Assembly (NCBI GenBank): GCA_035193785.1
Contig: CP136572.1
Location: 480,001 to 544,000 of the forward strand
Direction: 5' to 3'
DNA: 64,000 bases
Source: Planktothrix sp. GU0601_MAG3
GTDB taxonomy: Bacteria > Cyanobacteriota > Cyanobacteriia > Cyanobacteriales > Microcoleaceae
A model generated the notes under the pieces. The model saw nothing but the letters and a program-made list of their open reading frames with translations, searched no databases and was not told where the DNA came from. Positions within the stretch are counted from its first letter, which is position 1. Every line of letters begins with the position of its first letter. The translations under genes were made by a program, and so were the position numbers. Below, piece after piece: positions 35,305 to 51,973 of this stretch.

Positions 35305-35509
35305 ACAGTATCGTGGATGCCGTGATTTTCCGTATTATACCTAACATTTTCTAACATAGTCGAGCATTTTCTAACATTTTTTGCACAAGGCGATTTGGAG
35401 TAGCTAACAAAATTGCTAACAAAATTGAGCATTATGGGGGTGTAATAAGCTATTGTTTTTTAATCTAAGTATGGAATAATTATTTAACAATAAATTTTTA
35501 GGATCAAGT

Positions 35510-37545
35510 ATGGAACCTATTCTCAAGGCACAGTTCAATAACTTTAAAAAGAAATTTGAAATAGATACTATCGATACATCTCCTGAAAAAGAACAGTTGA
35601 AAGACGCTTCTGCATTTGAAAAATTTGTGAATTACGTCTTGTTTAGTCGAGACTATCCTGGAATTTTTACAGGAGATACAGAATTACTAGATTTCATCTG
35701 TGTTGGTGGAAGTAACGATACAGGTATAGATGGAATAGGAATCAAAGTTAACGATAGATTAGTCAGAAACATTGATGAAGTAACTGAGATAGCCCAAGGA
35801 AATAAAAAGATAAATGTTGAGTTTGTCTTCATTCAGTCAAAAATGCGACCTAAATTTGACAAAACAGAGTTGAATACATTTGGGACAGGGGTAAAAGTAT
35901 TTTTTTCAGATCGTTATCTACCTGAGAATACCCGAATTAGGGAATTTCGCGAGATCAAGGATTTCATCTATTCAGATGAGAAAGTAATCTCAAAATTGGA
36001 GAAAAACCCAAGCCTTGTTCTTTATTACGTCGGCACTGGAGCAGAAACCAACAGACGAAAACTTCTTAGGTAATCAAAATTTGCTTACAAAAGAACTTAC
36101 AAAGGTAGGATACTTTGAAAGAGTTGAGGTACAAGTTGTTGATGGAAAGAAGTTAATAAAATTCTGTCGAGAGTTGGAAAACAAGTTTGAAGTTCAAATG
36201 AACATCATCGACATTTTTCCATTGATTGTAGATAACCAAACTGATGTTAAAAAAGCATATGCGTTTACCTGTAATGCTTTAGAATTTTTGAAAATTCTAA
36301 AAAAAGAAGATGGTTCATTGCGTCGATCTCTATTTAATGACAATGTTCGTGACTACTTAGGAGACAATAAAACTGTCAATAGTGAAATCGAAAATACAAT
36401 AACAGAAAGTCCTGAAATGTTTCTGCTTTGCAACAATGGAATTACGATAGTATGCACTGATTTTGAACAGGTTAAGGATAAGTTAGTAAAAATTGAAAAT
36501 CCTCAAATTGTCAACGGTTGTCAAACCAGTAACTCTCTGTTTAACCAAAGAGACAGCTTAAATACTCAAAGGGTCAAACTTCTTGTCAGACTTATATCTA
36601 CAGAAAGTCCTGGTATATCAAACAAAATTGTCAGAGGAACTAACAAACAAAATCAGGTTCTGGAAGAAGCTTTTGAGACAACTCGCTCTTTTCATCAGGA
36701 CACCTTAGAACCTTTCTTTCTTTCGTTTGAAAATGATGTAAAAATCTATTATGAAAGACGTTCTAAACAATATAATGCCGATCCATCTATTAAAAAAAAT
36801 CAAATTGTAAATTTGAAAATACTGACCCAAACATTTGTTAGTATTTTTCTTGAGGCTCCTCATGATGGACACAGACACGAATCCACACTTCTCGGAAAAT
36901 ATGCGGGACAAAAAGAGCCAAGGAAAATTTTTGTAGAAGATCATAATCCCTATCCTTATTATATTTGCGCTCTGATTTGGTATATGTTTGAAAAACATAA
37001 AGAGAAAATTGACAAGTATAAAACGTACAAATCTCATCTTTATTTAATATTTAAGATTAGTGTAGGAGAATTCTCACCAAAACTCACAGATTCAAAAAAG
37101 ATGAATGGGTATTGTGATAAGATTCTTCAGATTTTGAAAGAAGACCAATTTGCAGAAAGATTAAAACAAGTATTGAGTATTTTTGATGCCACAGAAAATT
37201 TATGGGTCAGAGACGGAAAAAGTCCTTACGGCATTAAGGATAACAAGGACTTCACTGACTTGCTACTCAAGCAGACTCGTGAATATTTTATTCAAGGTCA
37301 AGTTTTAGCAGATGAGGTAGATGACAAAGTAATTCATCAAGGAAACTGTTCTCAGAATTATATGTAAACAAGACTATTGGTTTGGTTTCATCAAACTGGG
37401 AAATCAGTATGAAGACAATGCGTACTTTGATAGTCGTGATTATCAAGGAGATATAAAAGATTTATCTCCCAATACTCCAGTTCAGTTTGAGATAGGAAAG
37501 AACGATAAAGGTTATTTTGCTATCAATGTTCAACTAATTAATTGA
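35510..37545 (+). CDS. AIPR family protein with C-terminal cold-shock/OB-like domain (apparent frameshifts at ~36045 and ~37343)
   Basis: DTGIDG...IQSK N-terminus; LFNDNVRDYLG, NNGITIV, QIVNGCQT and TNKQN AIPR motifs; corrected tail WFGFI...YFDSRD...VQFEIG. Confidence 0.85.
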
Positions 37546-37681
37546 TTCAATAGCAAACAGACCTTGCATAAATAGCGATCGCCCCTCCAAAAGAAAGCGC
37601 GATCGCAAATGCGTTGAAGATTAAAAACCCGATTTCGTGAAAGTTATCGGGTTTTTAGGGCATACCTCAATCGCAAACCCC

Positions 37682-42037
<4,356 letters not shown>

Positions 42038-42181
42038 TTATGGCGTTCTTACAGTAAAATGATAAAACTTTCAAAAATTTTAGCACAAATAGGTTAGAGA
42101 GGATCGTAGGGCATTCTCAAATCAAATTTGGACAGGGTTGATATATTCGGTTATTCGTGATGGGCACAGGGAGAAGGAAAG

Positions 42182-43093
42182 TTGACTATTTGTACAATAC
42201 CACAGTCACCCCGGTTAATTGTCATTTCTGGCGCGACGGCTACGGGGAAATCGGGTTTGGCAATCCAGTTAGCGGAACGTTTGGGGTCGGTGGTTTTGAG
42301 TGCGGACTCCCGTTTGGTCTATCGAGGGTTTGATATTGGGACGGCGAAACCAACGATAGAAGAACGTCGGGGGATTCCCCATTATTTGATTGATATTTGT
42401 GAACCAACGGAGACTTTAACCGTAGCAGATTATCAGGATCAAGCGCAGGAATTGATTGCCAATGCCTCTGTTTCTGCTCCTATATTATTAGTTGGTGGCA
42501 CTGGACTATATATTAAGTCAATTGTGCGGGGGATGAAAATTCCCAGAGTTGCTCCTGAGTTAGAATTGCGATCGCAACTGGAAGGTTTAGGTCAAGTGCA
42601 ATGTTATCAAATTCTACAACAAATTGATCCGATGGCGGCGCAGAAAATTCATGGAAATGATCGAGTTAGAACTTTAAGAGCTTTAGAGGTTTATTATATT
42701 ACCGGTCGTCCCATTTCTGAACAACAAGGAGAAAATCCCCCGGAATATCCAATTTTACAAATCGGTTTAAATTGTGAACCAGAAGTATTAATTCATCGGA
42801 TTCAAAAACGAACTGAAGACATGATCGAACGGGGATTTGTGCAGGAAGTAGAAAATTTATGTCAGAAATATGGGACTGATTTATCGTTATTAGGAACTTT
42901 GGGATATCAGGAAATTAAACAATATTTAGCCGGGGATATTTCTTTAGAAACAGCCAAGGAATTAATAGTATTACATACCCGACAATTTGCCAAACGACAA
43001 CGAACTTGGTTTCGGGCAATTCCTGAAATTCAATGGTTTGATGCCGATAGTTATAATTTGTTAGATCAGGTTTGGCAAGCTATTCTTTTCTGA
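42182..43093 (+). CDS. miaA: tRNA dimethylallyltransferase
   Basis: GATATGKS, SADSRLVYRGFDIGTAKP, VGGTGLY and TRQFAKRQRTWF motifs. Confidence 0.96.
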   Translation: MTICTIPQSPRLIVISGATATGKSGLAIQLAERLGSVVLSADSRLVYRGFDIGTAKPTIEERRGIPHYLIDICEPTETLTVADYQDQAQELIANASVSAPILLVGGTGLYIKSIVRGMKIPRVAPELELRSQLEGLGQVQCYQILQQIDPMAAQKIHGNDRVRTLRALEVYYITGRPISEQQGENPPEYPILQIGLNCEPEVLIHRIQKRTEDMIERGFVQEVENLCQKYGTDLSLLGTLGYQEIKQYLAGDISLETAKELIVLHTRQFAKRQRTWFRAIPEIQWFDADSYNLLDQVWQAILF

Positions 43094-43178
43094 CTTTGCT
43101 GAGATTGCTGAAAGTCTTAGAATTGAACGATATGATGATATCGATATAACAATTTAGAATAACACAAATAATGACAAT

Positions 43179-43361
43179 TTGGATAAAAGACTTAAAAACG
43201 ATTTGCGAATCGCTGCAATTGCTCTTTCTGTCAATGGGGTTATGGTAACTGCTAATAAGCGAGATTTTTCCTTAATCCCTGATTTAGTTATTGAAAATTG
43301 GACAGATCCCTCAATTCTATTAATAAAAGGAATTTTAGAAGAAAGAGAGTTCAGGTTTTAA
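43179..43361 (+). pseudogene. C-terminal fragment of a PIN/VapC toxin
   Basis: NDLRIAAIALS...VTANKRDFSLIPDLVIENW; N-terminus missing. Confidence 0.7.
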
Positions 43362-43367
43362 TCTATC

Positions 43368-43468
43368 AGGACTTACGCAGAAACCGGGTTTCTGAATGAG
43401 AAATCACCGATTTAATCCGCAAAATCAGGGCCAGAAACCCGGTTTCTTTGGTCTTGTGCGTAAGTCCT
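43368..43468. mobile_element. MITE-like element
   Basis: 12-bp terminal inverted repeats aggacttacgca / tgcgtaagtcct enclosing two agaaacc(g/c)ggtttct palindromes. Confidence 0.65.
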
Positions 43469-43513
43469 ATCTATAGGAGAATAAGGTGGGTAAGACCTAC
43501 CCTTAGATTAACA

Positions 43514-44996
43514 TTAACTACTGGGAATATTCACATCAATTGTGGTGACTTTTGATTGATCATCTAAACTACTTAAAGCCGGATCAATCAACGCTTTATT
43601 TCCGACAACTAAAATCACTAACTTGTTAAAATTAAGATATTGTTGAGCGACTCGTTGAACATCTTCGATGGTGGTTGCTTGGACTTGACGTTGATAATCA
43701 AAGATAAAATCCTTGGGATAGCCATAATATTCGTACTGCATTAAACGGGATAAAGTTTGGGCTGGATCTTCAAACTTGAAAATAAAGGAATTCAAGGTAG
43801 ATTCCTTTGCATAGGTTAATTCTTCCGACTTAATAGGCTCTTTTTTTAACCGTTCAATTTCAGTTTTTACACCCTGAATTAATGCAACAGTTGATTCAGA
43901 AACGGGTTTGTCCTCCAGCATTAAAAACCCCAGGATAATCATAACTTGCACCCCAATAGCCATAAACAGAATAGGCTAACCCTTGGCGCGATCGCAGATT
44001 ATTAAATAACCGTCCACCGAACCCATTTAATACCCCATTCATAACCGCCAATTTAGGATAATCGGGATCACTTAATAACCCGCCTAAATGACCAATTTCC
44101 ACATAACTTTGATTGAGTTGCGGTTGATCAACAAAGAAAACACCGCCCAAATGGGCTTGAGAAACATCAGGAAGGGGAGGAATAATAGCCTTTTGACTTG
44201 GGTTCCAAGTTCCTAATTTTTCATCAATTAACGCCTTCATTTTTGCTCGATCAAAATCCCCTACAATTCCCAAAATCATAGTTTCAGGATGAAAATATTT
44301 TTCATAAAAATCAACTAAACTCTCACGATTAATATTATTCAAGGTGGCATATTCTGCGATGCGGGCGTAGGGACTATCTGCACCATAAATCAGTTTAACA
44401 AATTCCCGTGAAGCAATGTCTCCGGGGTTATCATTCCGACGCGCAATTCCGCCTTTAGCTTGGGTTTTTGCTAAGTCTAATTGATCCTGCGGAAACAGGG
44501 GATTGCGAATAAGATCCGTAAACAATCCAAACACTAAGTCTAAATCTTCTGTTAATCCTGAAAATCCAACACTACCAGAAGTTGTAGAAATCCCGGCTTC
44601 AACGGAGGCGGCTTTTTGTTCTAATAATTGATTCAATTGATCGCCAGGATGTTGACGGGTTCCCCCATTCCGCATCACCTGGGCGGTAATACTTGCTAAA
44701 CCCACTTGATCCGCCGGTTCAAATCGATCTCCGGTGCGAAATAACGCACTTCCTCCAACTAAGGGAAGTTCATGATCTTCGACTAAATAAACCGTGATTC
44801 CATTCTTTAATTGATAGCGTTCATAATCAGGAAGTTTAAGGGTTGGTAAGGGTGGAAAAGTCAAATCGGTGTAATGTTTGGGCGTGGAAGCAATTGCTGG
44901 AATATGGCTAAACGCGGTAAAAAAGAAGGTCGTTAGCAGTAATCCAGCCCAAAAAAGTGTGGATTTTTTCAAGTTTAGGGTTTTCAAAGTCAACAT
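43514..44996 (-). CDS. M16 family peptidase, non-catalytic subunit (apparent frameshift at ~43900)
   Basis: LKNGITVYLVEDHELPLV and RLFNNLRSRQGLAYSV motifs; no HxxEH. Confidence 0.85.
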
Positions 44997-45057
44997 AGTG
45001 AATGGAAAGGTTAATCAGAATAGAATGAGTCAGGATAAAATTAGGTGAATTTAAAGT

Positions 45058-46639
45058 TTATTCCTCGGATAATAAACGGCCAATGGTGCGTTTTTGCGGA
45101 AGAAATACTTCTTGAGCCACCCGTTGAATATCTTGGGGAGTAATGGCATCAATTTTTTCTAATTCCTCAAATAAGTTGATCCAAGATCCGGTTTTTACTT
45201 CATATCCTACTAAAGCAAATGCCATTCCCATATTAGAATCTAAGGATCTTAATAAATTGGCTTTAGCTTGAGTTTTAATCCGTTCTAATTCGGTTTCAGA
45301 AACTAATTCGGTCTTGAGTCGTTCAATTTCTTTGCGTAGGGATACCGCCACTTCATCCACTGTATGACCGGGTGCTGGTCTGGCATAAAATAACATTAAA
45401 TTGGTGTATTTATTGCCTGGATATCCACTGGAAACCTTGGGCGGTTAAAGCAATTTGTTGTTCTTCCACCAAGGACTTATACAAACGAGAAGTTCGACCG
45501 TCACTCAGAAGACTAGAAATCATATCATAGATCACAGAATCAGGATGATTAGCCGCCGGACTGGGGTATCCTTCAAAATACCAAGGTTGAGTTTTTAAGG
45601 TTAAAGTCACTTCCCGGGTTTCGGTTTGAGGTGGCTCAATAATATTCAATTCGGGGGGTTTCGGTCTGGCGGGATAACGACCAAAATAAATTTCTGCTAA
45701 ACGTTTGACTTCCGTGGGGTTAACATCCCCAACAATTGCTACGGTTAAATTATTAGGAACATAGTAGGTTTCAAAGAAATTTTTAACATTTTCACGAGTT
45801 AAATTTTCTAAGTCTTGTACATAGCCAATCACCGGACGACGGTAGGGATGAGCTTTGAAGGCTGTGGCGGAAAATGCTTCGATCATTTGACCGACGGGAG
45901 AATTTTCTGTCCGCAAGCGACGCTCTTCTAAAATGACTTGTTTCTCCTTATAAAATTCTCGAAATACGGGTTCTAAAAATCGCTCGGATTCTAGGGACAT
46001 CCACAGTTCTAATTTGTTAGCAGGAAGGCTATAAAAATAAGAGGTAGCATCGGCGGAGGTTGTGGCATTCAGTCCCACACCTCCAGCTTGTTCTACAATT
46101 CTACCAAACTCATTTTGCTTAATATATTGATTAGCCTCGCGACTTACTGTTTCTAAATCAATAATTAATTGTTTTAGTTTTTCCTGATTTCCTTCGGCTT
46201 TAGCTTGTTGAATTTGTGCAAAAATCTGATCTTGCTTTTCTAAAAGAGGTTGTTCAGCTTGATAATTGGTTGTGCCAATTTGTTGGGTTCCTTTAAAGGC
46301 TAAATGTTCCAAATAATGGGCGACTCCCGTTTGTCCGTCGGGTTCATTGGCTCCCCCCACATCGGCATAAATCAAGAAAGAAATCACCGGTGCTCGATGT
46401 CGTTCTAAGACAATAAATCTCATACCATTATCGAGGGTAAATTCTGTAATTTCTCGCTGTACTCGTTTTAAATACGGTTGAATTGAAGAATTTGAAGGGG
46501 CAATTTCATCCGCCCAAACGGCTTGAAATCCCATTACCCAAAATAAACACAGACTTAACAGTCCAACGGACAAACGTTTCCCCAGTAAGGATAGTTTGTA
46601 AGTTCTTTGTTTCCCTCGGAAAAAATAATCCCAAAACAT
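45058..46639 (-). CDS. M16 family zinc peptidase, catalytic subunit (apparent frameshift at ~45432)
   Basis: GVAHYLEHLAFKGT (HxxEH) and GRTSRLYKSLVE motifs. Confidence 0.9.
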
Positions 46640-46824
46640 AGGTTTTTAGCAGTATAACTTGACAAAAATGCGAGAAGCAACCAAGCTCTAATCCATCTTA
46701 AAATATCACAAAATCAGAATTTTAACCGCAAAAAATATCAAAGCATTAAGAGTTATATCGTTTCTGATCGGTCTTTCCCGACGAATGATAGGGTCAAATT
46801 AGAGCCACATAAGATAAAAAGGTT

Positions 46825-47433
46825 ATGTCGCATCTCCATTTCTCCACAGCATCGGAATTGGAAAACCAGATTCTCAGGGCTGCTCGGGGGTTATTTGCCC
46901 AGAAAGGCTATGACAGTACCACCACTCGCGATTTAGCGACGGCCGCCGGGGTCGCCGAAGCTACTTTGTTTCGACATTTTGCTAATAAAAAGGCGATTTT
47001 GATTGCCATTGTGATTGAGGGATGGGTGGAAATTTTGACGGATTTGCTCACAGAATTGAGTGAGATGAGTAACTATAAATCCTTGGCACAATTGTTATAT
47101 AGACGTCTAATTAATCTACAGAAAAATTCAGATATCATGCGAATTTGTTTTTTAGAAGCTCAGTTTCATCCAGAATTACGCGATCGCATTCAATCAGAAA
47201 TTATCAATAAAATGATCGATGTAACCGAGGCTTTTTTTGAAACGGCAATCCAAAAAGGAGTTTATCGTCCGATGAATCCTAAAATTGTTGCCCAGGTATT
47301 TTTGGGAATGTTTGCGATCGCCGGATTTAGTTATCATACCCTGCTTGAACCGAATGCGTCCCCCCAGGCAACCCAAGAAATGGCGGAAGGATTAGCCGAT
47401 ATTTTCTTGAATGGAGTGTTAGTAAAAGAATAA
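46825..47433 (+). CDS. TetR/AcrR family transcriptional regulator
   Basis: ILRAARGLFAQKGYDSTTTRDLATAAGVAEATLFRHFANK HTH. Confidence 0.92.
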   Translation: MSHLHFSTASELENQILRAARGLFAQKGYDSTTTRDLATAAGVAEATLFRHFANKKAILIAIVIEGWVEILTDLLTELSEMSNYKSLAQLLYRRLINLQKNSDIMRICFLEAQFHPELRDRIQSEIINKMIDVTEAFFETAIQKGVYRPMNPKIVAQVFLGMFAIAGFSYHTLLEPNASPQATQEMAEGLADIFLNGVLVKE

Positions 47434-47440
47434 AAAAATG

Positions 47441-47875
47441 CTATAAAAATCTAGCCTGTTGCACCCATTGTTGAATTTGATCAACGGAGGGACATAGATC
47501 ACGGCGCTGTAAATTGGCGACATAAAAACGCAGGATTTGTTGATGCAAACGATGAATTGGTAACTGGGTTAAATGGTTGACGGAGCTCACCCCCGCATGA
47601 AGCAAAAGTCCGCAATATTGACAACCAACACTAGGAATTCTAGCTAAGTCCGCCATGGCTATCCATTTGTTAATATCTCTAATATTAATCTGGAGCAAAT
47701 TGGCTAAAATCATTTTTTCGGCTGGAGTTTTGCCTTTTTTTAACAGTTGACTGGTGGTTTTAATGCCATAATTGTTTAATTGGGTTTGATTGTCCGAATT
47801 CAAGCCAGGCAGTTGAGAAATCGGCCAATCAACCCCTTGAATAGAGTTATGGGAGTTGGGTTTAAAAGATGTCAT
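47441..47875 (-). CDS. DUF4332-like protein
   Basis: WPISQLPGL and ADLARIPSVGCQYCGLLLHAG HhH-like motifs. Confidence 0.75.
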   Translation of the reverse strand: MTSFKPNSHNSIQGVDWPISQLPGLNSDNQTQLNNYGIKTTSQLLKKGKTPAEKMILANLLQINIRDINKWIAMADLARIPSVGCQYCGLLLHAGVSSVNHLTQLPIHRLHQQILRFYVANLQRRDLCPSVDQIQQWVQQARFL

Positions 47876-48062
47876 CGTCTTGATCTTGTTGGTTTCCGGT
47901 TGAGGTGGTCTAATCCTCCTCAATTTGTGCTGTTTGATTCTAACCTATTTTTTTCTAAAATTCAGGGTAGGCTATTAAGGATTTCAACCCTATATTTTAG
48001 AGAAACGATGATACTAGCACTACCATCGCTTAAATTAAAATCACCCAAATTTCAATTTAATC

Positions 48063-49442
48063 ATGTTATTTAATTATTCTCAATTCCTGATTGATACCCT
48101 CCGCCAACGGCGCAAAAAACTCAGTTATTTAATTGATTTCCCCGCAATTTTGTGGTCGGGTCGTAGCAGTTCTCGCAATTTTCCCGCTAATATTTATCCC
48201 TTTCGTGCCAGTAGTCATTTTCTTTATTTTGCCGGATTTCCCTTAGAAAATGCAGCGATTCGTTTGTATGAAGGTCGCTTAGAATTATTCATGGATGATG
48301 CCCCCGAAGGTAGCGCCCTTTGGCACGCCGAAATCCCCCACAGAAATCGCATTGCAGAACTCATGGGTGCGGATATTTCCTATCCCTTATCAGCATTATC
48401 TAATCATCTTCAAGATGCGGCAACTATTGTGGTACAAAATCCCGTTACCGCCAACGAACAACGTCAATTATTGAACTGTCCGTTAAGATCAGCAAAAGAG
48501 CCGGAAGGAATTGATTTAGAATTAACACAGGCAATTATTTATTTGCGTCTAATCCATGATGAGATGGCATTACAGGAGTTACGTCAAGCCGCAGAAGTTA
48601 GCATTAAAGCCCATAAAATGGGAATGAAAGCAACAAAAACAGCCCAGTTAGAAGCGGAGATTCGTGGGGCTATGGAGGGGGTAATTATTAGTCATAATTT
48701 GACCTGTTCCTATAATAGTATTGTGACGATACAGGGAGAAATTTTACACAACCAACACTATCATAATCCCTTACAACCGGGGGATTTACTATTAGCTGAT
48801 GTGGGGGCAGAAACGGCGATGGGATGGGCGGCGGATATTACCCGAACTTGGCCGGTTTCTGGACAATTTTCTCCGACTCAACGGGATATTTATCAAGTGG
48901 TTTTAAAGGCTCATGATACCTGTATTAATTCTATCAAACCTGGGATAGAATATCAAGAAATTCATCGAATTGCGGCATCAATAATTTCAGAAGGATTAGT
49001 TGATTTAGGAATATTAAAAGGCAATGCCGAGGATTTAGTAGAACAGGATGCCCACGCCTTATTTTTCCCCCACGGAATCGGGCATTTATTAGGGTTAGAT
49101 GTGCATGACATGGAGGATTTGGGGGATTTAGCTGGATATGAACTGGGACGGGTGAGAAGTCAACGATTTGGCTGGTGTTTTCTGCGGTTAAATCGTCCCT
49201 TAAAACCCAGAATGTTAGTAACAATAGAACCAGGTTTTTATCAAGTTCCGGCTATTTTAAATGATCCTAAAAATCGAGAACAATATCAAAATATTGTTAA
49301 TTGGGAACGTTTAGAACAATTTGCTGATGTTCGAGGCATTAGAATAGAAGATGATGTCTTAGTCACGGAAACAGGAACAGAAATTTTAACCCAAAGTTTA
49401 CCCACATCTATTCAGGAGATAGAGGATTTAGTTAAAAATTAA
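48063..49442 (+). CDS. pepP: Xaa-Pro aminopeptidase (M24B)
   Basis: LLLADVGAE, ADITRTWP, HGIGHLLGLDVHD, TIEPGFY and GIRIEDD motifs. Confidence 0.9.
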   Translation: MLFNYSQFLIDTLRQRRKKLSYLIDFPAILWSGRSSSRNFPANIYPFRASSHFLYFAGFPLENAAIRLYEGRLELFMDDAPEGSALWHAEIPHRNRIAELMGADISYPLSALSNHLQDAATIVVQNPVTANEQRQLLNCPLRSAKEPEGIDLELTQAIIYLRLIHDEMALQELRQAAEVSIKAHKMGMKATKTAQLEAEIRGAMEGVIISHNLTCSYNSIVTIQGEILHNQHYHNPLQPGDLLLADVGAETAMGWAADITRTWPVSGQFSPTQRDIYQVVLKAHDTCINSIKPGIEYQEIHRIAASIISEGLVDLGILKGNAEDLVEQDAHALFFPHGIGHLLGLDVHDMEDLGDLAGYELGRVRSQRFGWCFLRLNRPLKPRMLVTIEPGFYQVPAILNDPKNREQYQNIVNWERLEQFADVRGIRIEDDVLVTETGTEILTQSLPTSIQEIEDLVKN

Positions 49443-49454
49443 TGGAGTAAATTT

Positions 49455-51108
49455 ATGCTGAGTCAACAACGAATTAAACGGTTTATTATTTTTTTCCTCG
49501 GAACTCTAATTGTCATGGGAGTAACCGTAGCTGGTTATGCCTTTACAACTCTATTTTTATCTAATACTGCTACAACAGAATCCCCAATTAGTTTGGCTGG
49601 ATGTGGCAGTTCCCAGGGAGGAGAAACGGATAATGCAATTGCAACCTTTTATGGTAATAATACCTATTCTTGGGGGAATAAAATCCGGTGGAATTGTGTG
49701 TATAATATTAAAGATTTCTCCGGTTCAAATTTAGTAGAACAGTTCAATGCCGCGCGGGATGCTGCCTTTAATCATGGGGGTGGGGTGGTTTATTTTCCTT
49801 CAGGAACCTATGTTTTTAATGATAGCATAAAACTAAAATCCGGTGTGGTTCTTCGAGGAGAAACTCCTGCTATTAAATCGGCAAAAGCCAATAATTATTA
49901 TCCCCCCTCAAAATTAGTATTTCCTAAATATGAACCCCAACTTTCAGGAGACGGAAGCCCGAATGAAACGGCTTTTAAAAGTATTCAAACCCTGACACCC
50001 GGCCAAGATAGTAATATTGGGATTATTAACCTAGATATTAATCGGGCTGCAATTAATTTTGTCGGAGATTTAGATAATGCTAAAAATAGTAATATTATAA
50101 TTTTTGGGGTTCGTAGTAATAACGTAGCAAAACCTGACCCCCAAGTGCCCAAACTGGAATTTCAAAACCCTTGGCAACGCTATAGTCATCGCTTTGCTTC
50201 TAATATTGAACTTACCGGGTATGAAAATATTTTAGTTGCTAATAATCGAATTAATGATAACATTACTGATAATTATGAACAACCCGGATATCAGTTACAG
50301 TCCCAAGATAAAAAGACAATTTTAACCTATCAAGATGGCGGTAAAGTTCCCTTTAATTATAGCAATCATTATGGAATTGTTGTTAACAGAGGTGGAAAAC
50401 AAGGCGGGTTTAAATTAGCTGGGACTCCCACCACTGAAACCCGGACTATTTAGAAAAGGCATTGTAATTCGAGATAATTGGGTTTACCACACTATGCGAG
50501 TGGGAATTCATGCGGCGGGAGATGGTTTAATTATCCAAAATAATGATATTCGAGACCAACCCAATAAAAAATGGTGGACAGACCCCACGGGTACTCGAGA
50601 AGCAACGGGGGCAGTTACCTTAGAAAATAGAGGAATTGACTTTTCAGGATGGAATGTTTTAGTTGAGGGGAATAATTATCAAGTTTATCGACATCAAATT
50701 GGAGATACAAAATATTTAAGTGTGGATGGAGAAGGGATTTTAATACAAGAATGTTGTGGAGGAACCACGGTTAAAAATGTTAAAATTAAAAATAATCAAG
50801 GGAATGCTTATATTGGACTCTATAAAGTTCAAGACATTGATAATGCAACTATTGAAAATAATCAAATTTTAGGTGCTGATATTTTTGTCATGGCAGATAC
50901 TAATAATCAACCCTATAGAATGAATCAGGTTAAAATTATTAATAATCAAGTTTCTGGAAATATTCTGGTGAAAGCTAGTTTAGGGGGGCAGGGGAATGAA
51001 ATTTCAGGAAACAGAGGAAACCAAAGCGGAAAACTAGAGTATTCCTGTTCCATTGAAGTTAATAATAACTCGGGATTTAATACTCAACCCTGTTTTCCGT
51101 TGCGCTAA
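49455..51108 (+). CDS. Membrane-anchored pectin-lyase-like beta-helix protein (apparent frameshift at ~50437)
   Basis: N-terminal TM; GGGVVYFPSGTY...LKSGVVLRGE; Asn-rich beta-helix repeats. Confidence 0.7.
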
Positions 51109-51109
51109 T

Positions 51110-51967
51110 TTACCATAATGTTAATTGGGTAGGGATGGGTTCCAACTGATTCCAGGGTAGGGGAGAAATGGGCAGATGATGGGATTCTAACAATTGTTGC
51201 ACATATTTTGCCATAGAAGGCGAGTGTTCCTCCAAAGGACAATGCACAAAAAAATAAACATCTTTGCCTTGATTTAACCAGTGATGAATCGGTGTAATCC
51301 AATCTTCTAAAAAGGGTTGATTCCTCGATAATTGAGGATGGGAAATAAACCGAATTAAAGCAAAGGAAGCCGTAATACTAAATTCTACCAGAACTTGCGG
51401 TTTTTTTCGTTTTGAATGTAGTTGCGGGTCATCCTCACCGCTATAAATAGGACGGGAATCTAAAATCACCCGTCCAACATTAAAGGATGCTAAAAGCTGT
51501 TTTAACCGCTTAAAATTATCCGGTTGAAACCAATCAGGATGACGCACTTCTACCGCTAAAGGAACGATTTGATGCGGCCAAACTTGAAGAAAATCTTGCA
51601 AATCCTCTAATAAATGGGGAGAATAACTCGGCGGTAATTGGGCAAAAATAGGGCCGAAACGAGTTCCTAAACACTGCATTTGTGCAACAAACTTTAACGC
51701 CCCTGGAATGGCTAGATTTAGTGACCCTTGATGGGTTAATTCCTGGGGTAATTTTAAACAAAATTTAAAATCCGATGGTGTTTGTTGTACCCAGCGAGTT
51801 ACCGTTTCTGTATTAGGAATGGCATAAAATGTGGTATTTCCTTCTACGGCGGTAAAGCGACGACTATAGAGGGAGAGAAAATCCGCCGGACGACTTCCCA
51901 AAGGATATAATTCTCCCACCCAATTTTTATACGACCAAACCGCACAGCCCAAATAAAAATTACCCAT
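51110..51967 (-). CDS. DUF72 family protein
   Basis: VEGNTTFYAIP, QLPPSY, AVEVRHPDW and YFFVH motifs. Confidence 0.88.
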   Translation of the reverse strand: MGNFYLGCAVWSYKNWVGELYPLGSRPADFLSLYSRRFTAVEGNTTFYAIPNTETVTRWVQQTPSDFKFCLKLPQELTHQGSLNLAIPGALKFVAQMQCLGTRFGPIFAQLPPSYSPHLLEDLQDFLQVWPHQIVPLAVEVRHPDWFQPDNFKRLKQLLASFNVGRVILDSRPIYSGEDDPQLHSKRKKPQVLVEFSITASFALIRFISHPQLSRNQPFLEDWITPIHHWLNQGKDVYFFVHCPLEEHSPSMAKYVQQLLESHHLPISPLPWNQLEPIPTQLTLW

Positions 51968-51973
51968 TTTTTC

